Part shown: positions 40,121 to 51,200 of the stretch, in pieces
How positions within the stretch are numbered: the stretch's first letter is position 1
Layout of the letters: the number at the start of each line of letters is the position of its first letter
Assembly (NCBI RefSeq): GCF_022045235.1
Contig: NW_027266267.1
Span: 44,888,001 to 44,952,000 of the forward strand
Direction: 5' to 3'
From: Haliotis cracherodii
Lineage: Eukaryota
Length of the DNA: 64,000 nt
The notes under the pieces: generated by a model
Databases searched by the model: none
What the model saw: only the letters and a program-made list of their open reading frames with translations
What the model was told of the DNA's origin: nothing
Translations under genes and position numbers: made by a program

Positions 40121-42916
40121 CTACTGAAGTGTTCCAACAACTAGTGCGACGGACGTCACAGTACCTCCGTCTCCATCAAATGTCATGTTGACATTGTTTG
40201 TTGGGTGGACCAGTGATTCGGGGACCATGTACTCCCACACGTTCCATTTTGTTTTCCCAAGAATCTTCATAGCATCAAACAGCATGTAGCTTGCAGACAC
40301 TGCCTGGCCATTGAACACAACTTCCTGGGGTTTTGCATTGGCGTTCTTGTCTCGGCTAACTCCTACTCTAAGATGAGCTGTATGATAGCCAGAGCCGGGT
40401 AGACTGATGGTTGTCTGCGCATGTCCGTTGCTGATAGGGATCACCATGTCCTTGCCATAGTATGTGTTCTGGTTGTCAGTGCGTATTCCAGCAAAGTTGT
40501 AGTTGGTTTTAAACTTGTAGAAGCAGGTTGAAGATCCCGGGAGACCAACGGTTCCATTATGCTCAGACATGTTGAAAGGGTAATTGAGATGAACAGCTGG
40601 ATTACCATTTTCGAACAGAATGCATGTTTCTTTACCAGTAGAAGGGTTGATCCAGCTGTTGTTAAAGTCAAGTTTCACATTCTCAAATTTACTGCCATAG
40701 TTGTGGAGAAGAACTACCATCTCTTTGGTGTGAGGGTTTGCAAGGGCAAGTGGTGCAACTTTTCTCTCCTGCCCATTGTACTGACTTGAGACTCGCAGAA
40801 ACGTTTGATTAGAATTAAAGTTATGCCAAAAGGTGTAGAATTTGGCCGCTGAAAGGGGACGACCGTCCGTTGTGAACAAGGAATTTCGAAGGGAAGTATG
40901 ACCTGGGTATTGTTCATTTGCGAGGAGATATGCTGTAACTCTGTCTATAAACTCTCTTAGAGTAAGAAAAGTAAACATGAAGCCGTTAAGTTGATAAATG
41001 GTCTGGAAGTCTGTTATTCCATTTTCAAAGTTGGGACTAACGCCAAGATTAAGTAAACCTAATCCAAATTCAGTGTTAACTAACTGAACACCTTTTCCTT
41101 TCTTTTGATGAGAGTAATTCTCCACCATATCAAGAGAAGCAACCAGACGAGCTTCGTTGATACCATAGTAGGTATAATTACTAAAGTTGGTGTGATTTCT
41201 GCCTGGTATATGCAGATAGTTGTAGGAATGGAAAGAGAAAAAGTCCAAGTGATCAAGAGACATGTCCAGGAACTTAGCAGTCCTCTTCCAGTAGCTGAAG
41301 TCATTTTCATCTGCTTGTCGTAAGGCAAAACTGGTGTACGATGGGCCTGCAACTTTCATTCCAAATCTTGATTTCAGCTTATCAGCGACGGCCCTTTGGT
41401 AATCTACATTTGTTTGTGGGTCAATAATCTTTTCGGCCCAATCAGGTTCATTGATGACTTCAAATATGTAGGGAAGGCGTCCTCCTATGTAACTCTTGGC
41501 ACTCTGCACCATCAGCGACACAAGTTCTGACGCAGCGTCAACGTTGTTGGGGAATCCACCTTGATGATTAGACTTATTCATCCAGTTGGGCCAACTCAAA
41601 CCTAAATATACAATACATTATGTAATGAGAAAAACTGTACATCAAACATGTTCATTCCATGTCAAATGGTTTTCTAGGTAATTGAGTACGTGCGGATAGG
41701 GGAAGCTGCAGACAATTACATTTCTGGTGAATAAATAGACCATGGGTATTCTGCCGAAATAAAATAAAATATTAGTACAGCTAAACGTGATTCTAATCAA
41801 CGACCAATGAAACAGTAATTACAGACTAAAGACTGGACTGCCTTAGGCACTGCAACACATGTACCGCATCTGCTTTGTATTCAGTTATCTTTCCAAAACT
41901 ATGTTCCTCTTTTAATATACTTATTAAACCTATTAAATGAAACATAAACCTTTCATTTCCCAGACCATGTCGTCGACGACACTCCCATAGCCAGTCAGTT
42001 GAAACATGTAGGAACCCCATGTCCTTCTCTGCAGTGCATGGTCCTGAAGATAGGTGGGGTCTGGGTAACCATGGTGACTAGGGTTTTGAGGCCACTGAAT
42101 AAAAAAATAATATAAAGTAGGTATTTGTCAATTTTCTCAGAGACAGAACAACTGGATCATATGTTGATCATATGAATGTGTGCAAGAATATATTTTCCCT
42201 CACCTAACCCATAGTCCTGAGTTTCACCATTGGTGTTTCAACGTATATGTGTCCTCTCAAATGACAATAGCGAAATATACGATATGTTCTACACACTGAC
42301 TCTATACGCCATCACGGGATAAATATAGAGTTGCGTGTCATTGTAAAATATTTGATGAGTTTACTGACCACACTTACTGTTCATGGGTCTATAATCATGC
42401 AGTGATACATGCCTCATCTGAGATTGTTTGCCCCTCTTAACAATGATCCACACAAGTGGGATGCGATGACATGCATCAACCAAGTCAGCGAGGCTGACCA
42501 ACCGATCCCATTTGTTGACTCTTACGACAAGCATAGTTGCCTTTTAAATCAAGCATGGGTTGCTGATGACTTTTTCTACCCCGGATCTTCAAGAGTACTG
42601 GGACATTGAAATTATACATGAATCATTTCATTTCCTAAACTCTTTTTTTCTGAATAGAAGATGTATTTTCCTTCATACATACATTTGCAAAGAGATTCTC
42701 TCTCAGGTCTCTGTTCACCCAACGCCCGGGAGCCGTTCCGATAGATTTACAATTAGGAATAAGTGTCCTTTTGTCGAGAGCATTATGTTTGTTCCATCTT
42801 TGAGGTTCGTAATGGACACGTCCACCCTGGGAGAGCCACTCGTTGTAGATTGTGACGGTTGTGTCAGAGTACGCCGCTCCCCAGAGCAACAAGGTGTACA
42901 GGACGAGTAGAAACAT
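40121..42916 (-). CDS. GH86-like glycoside hydrolase, copy 5; exons 42916-42683, 42094-41950, 41601-40121 (619 aa)
   Basis: 234/145/1481 nt in frame; catalytic motifs intact. Confidence 0.88.
42445..42595 (-). mobile_element. Older partial SINE family D in copy 5 intron 1
   Basis: Diverged match to the 5' half of family D. Confidence 0.7.
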
Positions 42917-42919
42917 TCT

Positions 42920-43115
42920 TCAGTGAAACTAGGATTTTTCTGTTCAAAAACGTGGTCTTTTAAATGGTATATTCATGGTTGTAATCTACACATGAATGCA
43001 GTATGTGACAGCTGCCAGGTAATATGTGAAACATATTTGAGATAAGAGTAGACAAAGTCCATGATAAGGCAAAGGCGTGTCAGTCTCGACAGACGTCTCC
43101 TCTGCTCTTTCTGCA
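42920..43115 (-). promoter_or_regulatory. Conserved proximal upstream block of the GH86 genes (copy 5 shown)
   Basis: Alignable upstream of all six ATGs: tgtaatct..gtga..gca..tgaca, GATAAG sites and ctgctctttc. Function is inferred. Confidence 0.5.
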
Positions 43116-44099
43116 CCATTTACACGTCAGGCAGCTTGAAAACGAAAACGTTTTGCTATTGTTCATTTTACTGTCAATCAGAGTCTGGCACATTCCTATG
43201 CTGGGCTGTTCGGTGCGAATTTTACACTGCATAGCTATTTACACATTTGAGCGTTTATTGTTCCGGGTTAGGAGTCCCTTGGAAATTATGCTTGTATGGG
43301 GTGGTAAAAATAGTTCATTGTTCCTTATAAACTGACCTTGCACTGTTACAGATGTAAGTCAAATGTTTAAAATGTCAAGCTTCTGAGAAAAAGTCTAGGC
43401 AGGGAATCTTGGGTGATGAGTGATCTTCACACGAACGCTGGTCGTGATGTACTGACATGTGTTAAGAAATACGAAAGGAAACGCCCGTGCACATGACGCT
43501 AGCATATGAATATAGTTACTTCCTCAAAACTGCCTACATTAAAAAGTACTACATTCCTGACAACTAATCACTATCCAAACACAATGCAATGGACATATAC
43601 CGAATCCCAACAGAAACAATGTAATACCGTTAGAATCATTGCTCAGCATTATAACAATGTCATGGCCATAAATCAGCTTTTGGAATTATTGATCCTTCTT
43701 AACAATGGTTGTCATGACTCGGTCCCTGTGAAAATACTGCACAAGAACCATGCTAGAAAGTGATATTTGGGTGCGACAAAAAATGTCCAAAATATGATAT
43801 AACGATGCAATTACAAAACCCGCAGGTCCATCTGACAGGAGAGGTTGTAAACTTAGATTGTATTGCCGTGTAAAACAAGAATACTCTGTTGACGAGTGCG
43901 TAATTCACTTTTGCCCCGAGCCACAGACGCGTCTTAGCAAAATATGTGACACTGTTCACATGAATATATTATAGTATCATACACTGAAATAGGGTAATTC
44001 ATTAACGAGCTTGACTACACGATCCCGCGAGTCGCCTCTTATGACAAGCATGGTAGACAAGTGAACTAATACCATGTGGAATTTCAAACAATTATATGA

Positions 44100-44760
44100 T
44101 TTGCTTGACTGTTAACAATCTCATAAAAGAACCAGGTTGAACTGTGTCTAAACATTTGACTTTTTAACTTTGTACACCATTGTCTCATTTGAGAAAATTA
44201 AGGACAAACGTTATGTCTTGAGCCATGTGGCTTTTGCTGGCTAAACGTGGTGACCATAGGTATAGTTACATGAATATCCTCATGTTAGGGTCAATTAGTA
44301 AAAAGTGAAAGCAAATGTCATTTGAACTTTACTGAGAAAATGCTGAATTTTGAAATGCTGGACTTCCTCATTCATACCACCAATGTAAAATGTTGAGGTA
44401 AGACATTTAAGCAAGAGGTAAGCATCCCCATGGGCACCAATTGCGCACCCCTTCTTGCTGATCTGTTTCTTTATGCATATGAATCAGAATTTCTGCTGGG
44501 ATTGGCAAAGTCATCACAAGGTCATGCAGCCAAGAAGTTTAACTTAAACTCCAGGTATATCGATGATCTGATATCGTTCAATAAGCATTTAATAGACGAA
44601 TCCCTTCCCCTGATTTACCCACCTGAACTACATGTAAAGGAGACCAGTCATCTCTTTAATATTTAGATCTACGCATAACGATTCAGTGACAAAACGATCT
44701 TGTATGACAAGAGTGATGGCTTTAACTTTCCAATAGTCTACTATCCCTCTTATTCAGAAG
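44100..44760 (+). mobile_element. Penelope-like retroelement RT remnant
   Basis: IPMGTNCAPLLADLFLYAYE, RYIDDL, IYPPEL and YDK.D.FNFPIV. Confidence 0.75.
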
Positions 44761-45372
44761 CTGTCAAATAAAACACACTTTCCATTCAGGTTTGAATCTT
44801 AAGCTCGTTGTATTCATTAATAGAGGTGGTATGGTCTTTGGGAAGGTATTTCCAGCTTAATCACGAGCAACTGATGAACTGCACATTTATCTTGTTGAAT
44901 GATATTTCATTCTCTGACCAGTTGATTGGGGTCATTCTGTGTTTCTCCATGAAAGAACTCAAAACCATGAATTACAACATTGTCCCATCAAACGTTTTGT
45001 TGATAATTTACTCATGGCAGTTTCATACATGTTGAAACACTTTGTGTTACAAAAACACAATATTCACTCTGGCAGTGACTGTTAAAAGCCGGTGCAGAAT
45101 CCGAATAAGATTAAATGTACCTTCTTCAAGCCATATTGAATTTGTGGGTATTTTTTCAAAATCAATTAACATAGTAATCAATGCAACATATCTCTCTTAT
45201 GTATCAGAGTTGTTCTTTTGGGAGAAAGGTATTCATCATATCCCACACAAAACACTAGATAATCGAAGAGACGATAAATTTGGAATGAAAAAAATATGTT
45301 AAACTAACACCTGTTTAAACTGTTGATTTATTGTCTCAAGACCAAGTGAGACTAAACTAATCAACATATAGG

Positions 45373-47045
45373 GAGTGAGTGAGTGAGTGAGTTAATGCTT
45401 TACGTCACATCGGCAATATTTCAGCCATATCGTGACGAGAAGTTATACATGAAATATACATATATTTAAACTTTATACAAATCTGTCATCGAAGGACTGT
45501 ATGATAACTAGATTTAAAACTAGTTGCGGAACATTTAAAAGCATTAAGTAGTAAGGAACAACACAATATAAAAATGGGCTAGAGATCGTCAGTAACTAAA
45601 TGGAGATCACCATACCAGGGACCATGGGGACTTACAGTACCTCTGCTTCCTGCATGGATCCTGGCAAGATTCATATCAGCCCTTCAGTCACTGGCGATAA
45701 TTTACCAGTTAAGCCTTATAATAAAATGACAAAAATCCTACGTTTTAAAATTCTGGCATGCATAACAATACTTTGAATGATGTGGGACTTACATACTCTC
45801 TTAGGGGGACACTAATTTTACACTACTTTAACCCCCTTCGAGGGTATAGCCACTAACAATCTAAGTTATTAATTAGCACTACCAATATGTAAAATAATAC
45901 ATTAAACACATCGAAATTTATGAAGAAGTTCGATATCTTTAAAAAAACATAATATTAAACGAGAATTAACATCATTAAAAAGGTCCTTAATTATTTTAAC
46001 ACTGAAATATTTAACCCTTGTGATGAAAACATCAATGCAGTCAAGCAGGACATGCTTGACCGTGATTCTTTCATCACAAGGGACACAAAACGGAGGATCC
46101 TCACCTTTTAATAAGTATTCATTTGTATATCTTGAATGGCCAATACATCGTCCCATAATGACCTCTTCAAATCTGGACTGACAGCCCAAGTAGGTGTAAC
46201 CGATATTTGGTTTAATTTGATGTAAATGTAATTTATTGATACCTACTTGGGTGTCCCACTTCTTTTGCATCAGATCACGAATGTAAGATCTAATTGCAGG
46301 TTTATAATCAGTGTAGGGTATGAGAAGTGGTGTCACAGATTTGGTGAGTGCTGCTTTAGCAGCAGCATCGGCCATTGTGTTACCAGTGATACCAACATGG
46401 CTTGGTAACCAACAAAAGACGATGTCATATTGGCCAGTAGCAAGATCATGAAATAATTCAAGAATTTGGATTAAAAGTGGATGTTTCAAAGACATATTGT
46501 TAATCGCCTGAAGGCACGAAAGTGAATCAGAAAAAATAATGAATTGTTTATGTTTAGATTGATGACTGATATATTTTAGTGCTGTAAAAATGGCATGTGC
46601 TTCAGCTGTAAATATGGAACTGTTATCGGGTAATCGGGAAGATATTGTTCTGTATCCAATTACAGTGGCACTAGCGACTGCACCACCATCAATCCACATA
46701 TAGAGGTTATCAGCTGTAAATATGAAACTATTATCGGGTAATTGGGAAGATATTGTTCTGGATCCAATGACAGTGGCACTAGCAACTGCACCACCATCAA
46801 TCCACATATAGAGGTTATCAGCTGTAAATATGGAACTGTTATCGGGTAATCGGGAAGATATTGTTCTGGATCCAATGACAGTGGCACTAGCAACTGCACC
46901 ACCGCCAATCCACATATAGAGGTTATCAGCTGTAAATATGGAACTGTTATCGGGTAATCGGGAAGATATTGTTCTGGATCCAATGACAGTGGCACTAGCA
47001 ACTGCACCACCGCCAATCCACATATAGAGGTTATCAGCTGTAAAG
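45373..47045 (-). mobile_element. 5'-truncated I-group (Nimb/I-like) LINE: RNase H, C-terminal CCHC, 3' UTR and (ACTC)n tail
   Basis: AEAHAI, IFSDSLS, WLPSHVGITGNTMADAAAK, CVPCDERITVKHVLLDC. Further 3'-end fragments at ~16211-16275, ~61080-61410 and 63963-64000. Confidence 0.85.
46603..47045 (-). repeat. 4x 108-bp in-frame tandem repeat of the RNase H N-terminus
   Basis: cagctgtaaa recurs at 46603, 46711, 46819, 46927 and 47035. Confidence 0.95.
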
Positions 47046-47300
47046 TTTCGTCTTGTACTTCTCATGTGTTGAGTGCAAAAGAATGGGCTATGTGAACGTA
47101 TTACAATGTGTGTATTCCTGATATGTGATACTTACAATATGGAAAGACATGAATCTCTCATAATCCCTTTATCATGAAATTAAAAGTTGAAATTGATTGA
47201 ATTTTAAGACATATTGATATTCACTTCGTCTTAGTGGACTGCCTCATTTATGGTATAATGCCAACGGAATTAAAGTCAGGTTTGTACACATGATCACTCG

Positions 47301-47560
47301 ACCCGTGAAGATTTCGGGGTAGAATAGGTTTTCAGCAACCCATGCTTGTCGTAAAAGGTGACTATGCTTGTCGTAAAAGGCGACTAACGGGATCGGGTGG
47401 TCAGGCTCGCTGACTTGGTTGATGCATGTCATCGATCCCAATTGCGTGGATCGATGCTCATGATATAAATCACTGGATTGTCTGGTCAAGACTCGATTAT
47501 TTACAGACCGCCGTTATATAGAATATTGCTGAGTGCAGCGTTTAAAACAAACAAACAAAC
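47301..47560 (+). mobile_element. SINE family D
   Basis: Full-length family match. Confidence 0.82.
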
Positions 47561-47854
47561 ATAATCACTCACACATCGGGAAACCGCTATCAAATGATCT
47601 GATGACCGATAGCACGTTTTGGGCAAGCAAACACCGCATCGATGTAAAGAGGTTTTGTAAAAGAAGTTCGTGCGAGGTAACCTCATTTGCATATTTATCG
47701 GATTGAGATAGAAAATGTATTTGACTGGTTCATCACCTCGATAACAATAACCATTTATTTCTATTCGTGGTAGCTTGAGTATATGGCATCTTTCAATTTG
47801 TATTGTGCCTCAGAGAAATACATATCTGTATCCCCTAATCACATGCCACCTTCG

Positions 47855-48130
47855 ACCCGTGAAGATTCCGGGGTAGAATAGGTCTTCAGCAACTCATGCT
47901 TGCCGTAAAAGGTGACTATGCTTGTCGTAAAATGCGACTAACGGGATCGGGTGGTCAGGCTCGCTGACTTGGTTGATACATGTCAACGATCCCAATTCCG
48001 TGGATCGATGCTCATGATATCAATCACTTGATTGTCTGGTCCAGACTCGATTATTTACAGACCGCCGACATATAGCTGGAATATTGCTGAGTGCGGCGTT
48101 AAACAACAAACCAACCAACCAACCAACCAA
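47855..48130 (+). mobile_element. SINE family D, ~80 bp past the copy 6 stop codon
   Basis: 13-bp TSD acatgccaccttc. Confidence 0.85.
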
Positions 48131-48211
48131 CATGCCACCTTCTCTTGGCACATCATTCCTCGTGTAGAATATGAATCAAAACAAACAAACTATTCTTTGA
48201 GGGAATTTTAT

Positions 48212-51200
48212 TTACTGAAGTTTTCCAGCAACGAGTGCGACGGATGTCACGTGGCCACCATTTCCATCAAAGGTCATGCTGACGGTGTTTGTTGTTTTGA
48301 CCTGTGAGTGAGGGACTAAGAACTGCCACACGTTCCATTTTGTTTTCCCCACAGTCTTCTCAGCATCAAACAGCATGTAGCTTGTAGACAATGCGTGGCC
48401 ATTGAACACAACCCCACGAGGTTTTGCATTAGCATTCTTGTCTCGGCTCACTCCCACTCTAAGATAAGATGTATGGTAGCCAGAGCCGGGTAGACTGATG
48501 GTTGTCTGCGCATGTCCGTTGCTGATGGGGATGACCATGTCCTTGCCATAGTATGTGATCTGGTTGTCCGTGTGTATTCCGGCAAAGTTGTAGTTGGTTT
48601 TAAACTTGAAGAAGCAGGTTGAAGATCCAGGGAGACTGACGGCACCATGAAGCTTAGATCTGTCGAAATGGTTACCGGAATGAATAGCTGGATTACCGTT
48701 TTCGAACACAACACATGTTTCTTCACCTGTAGAAGGGTTGATCCAATTGTTGGGGAAGTCGAGTTGTACTTTCTCAATGTTACTGCCATAGTTGTGAAGA
48801 AGGACCACCATCTCTTTGGTGTTAGGGTTTGCAAGGGCAAGTGGTGCAACTATTCTCTCCTGTCCATTGTATTGACTTGAGACTCTGAGAAATTTATGAT
48901 CATTAATAAAGTTTTTCCAAAATATGTAGAATTTGGCCGCTGGAAGAGGATGACCATCCTTGGTAAATATGGAATTCCGAAGGGAAGTATGACCCGGGTA
49001 TTGCTCATTTGAGAGGAGATACGCTGTAACTCTGTCAATAAACTCTCTCAGAGAAAGAAAGGTAAACATGAAGCCGTTTTGTTGATAAATGGTTTCAAAG
49101 TCTGTCATTCCATTTTCAAAGTCGGGGCTAACGCCAAGATTAAGTAAACCTAATCCAAATTCAGTGTTAACTAACTGAACATTTTTTCCTTTCTTTTGAT
49201 GAGAGTAATTTTCCACCATGTCAAGGGAAGCAACCAGATGAGCTTCGTTGATGCCCGAGTAGGTGTGACTTTGACCTGTTATATGCAGACGGTTGTAGGA
49301 GTGGAAAGAGAAAAAGTCCAAGTGATCAAGAGACATGTCCAGAAACTTGGCAATTATCTTCCAGTTGCTGAAGTTATTTTCGTCTGCTTGTTCCAAGAAC
49401 ATACTGGTATACGTTGGTCCGGCAACTTTCATTCCAAATCTTGATTTCAGCTTATCAGCAACTGCCTTGTGGTAGTTTATATTCGTTTGTGAGTCAATTA
49501 CATTTGGGTACCAATCAGGTTCATTGATGACTTCAAATACACGGGGAATACGTCCTCCTATGTAGTCCTTGGCACTCTGAACCATAAGTGACACAAACTC
49601 CGCTGCAGCGTCAACGTTGTTTGGGAATGTACCTTGGTGATCAGACTTATTCATCCACTTCGGCCAGCTCAAACCTATAAAGAACAACATATACAGTCAT
49701 AACAAATGTAACTCAAACATATTCATCTACTGTTAACCTACTTCATGCGTAAATGAGTCTGTCTGGAAAGCTGAAGTTGTACACATTTACGACGTTTGGT
49801 GAAATAATTGATCTTGGGTATTCTTCAGACAGAAATATTAGCAGCTAAACTGGATTCTAGCCAACGGAGCATCAATTAAAGGCTAAAGGACTGAACTCAG
49901 AGAATTTTGGAGCAACAGACAATGCGAATCATGTTAAGCATATGCTTGGTCTTCAGTTAGCTTTCAAAATTTATGCTCCTCTTTTTATATACTATTTAAA
50001 CCAATTAAATGACTTATAAAACCTTTCATTTCCCAGACCATGTCGTCGATGGCACTCCCATAGCCATTCAGTTGAAACATATACGAATCAAATGTCCTTC
50101 TCTGGAGTGCTTTGTCCTGGAGATAGGCAGGGTCTGGGTAACCATGGTGTTGAGGGTTTTGAGGCCACTGAATAAAATAAGAAAAAGTAATATGGATTTG
50201 CCAGTTTTCTCTATGAAAGAATGAATGTTATTTTTTGCATGACATCCATGTTTGGAGTAAATCAACAAAAAATATCCAGGCCAGCATTGTCAAAACAAAC
50301 ATTTACACTGAAATGACCATTGAGAAGTACACTATATATTCCACCAACATTTATGCCCCTCTATACAGCGCATCAGTTATGGCAGGCATAGACTGAACTG
50401 GTCAAGGTTGACATGGTTTGGGGCTAAGCTTTTTGTTTATAAACCAATATGCTACGAAGTGGCACCCTGAGATCTACTGGAATTGAAACCAACATTTGCA
50501 GTAAAGGAACACATTAAATAATGTAATCTGATCTGTACCGTGAGTATATATAAATGCAATAGCTCACACACTACAACCGCCTCATTCCCATTTCAAGGTA
50601 TCACATCAAACAAGAAGGCTTTCGTTTTTATCCGTATGTTGTCTTTGAACGAAACAACGACGTTTTTTGGACGCTTTGTTTCCATCGGTCTTCCATCCAA
50701 ATAACGCCGTTATTTGACATCTGAATTGACTACGAGAGAACGATGCTATGAAGCTCCTCCCTTAAATGTCAATCACGCATCATCGTTTACCGTTACTTCT
50801 ATGTTCTCAGCTTTAAACGGATGCGAAAATGATGTACACAGAGCTCTATTTGTTTGAGCAGTTTGCCAGAACGAAGACAAGATAATAACGTTCCTGAGAA
50901 GATACGTTTTCGGGACCTGTCTGTCTCACAGTTCCTGTAACATATTATTTTCCTACAAGCCCTAACTGTGATGACTTTAGTTCTGAATTAAGAAGCAACT
51001 CCAGATTTTCCTGAATCTCCCATCTCACTGTGGCTCCTTTTCAATTTAAATGTAGTTGTTTGTTCCTCTAAAATCATTAGGCTAGCTCACAACCTGTACA
51101 GTTTGCAAACATTAACCTTATTGTGGCGCTTTAAACAGTAAATAGATAAAAGTCCAGAGTCATGTCAGATGCTGTTCGTGAGATCTATTGTGTGTGTACT

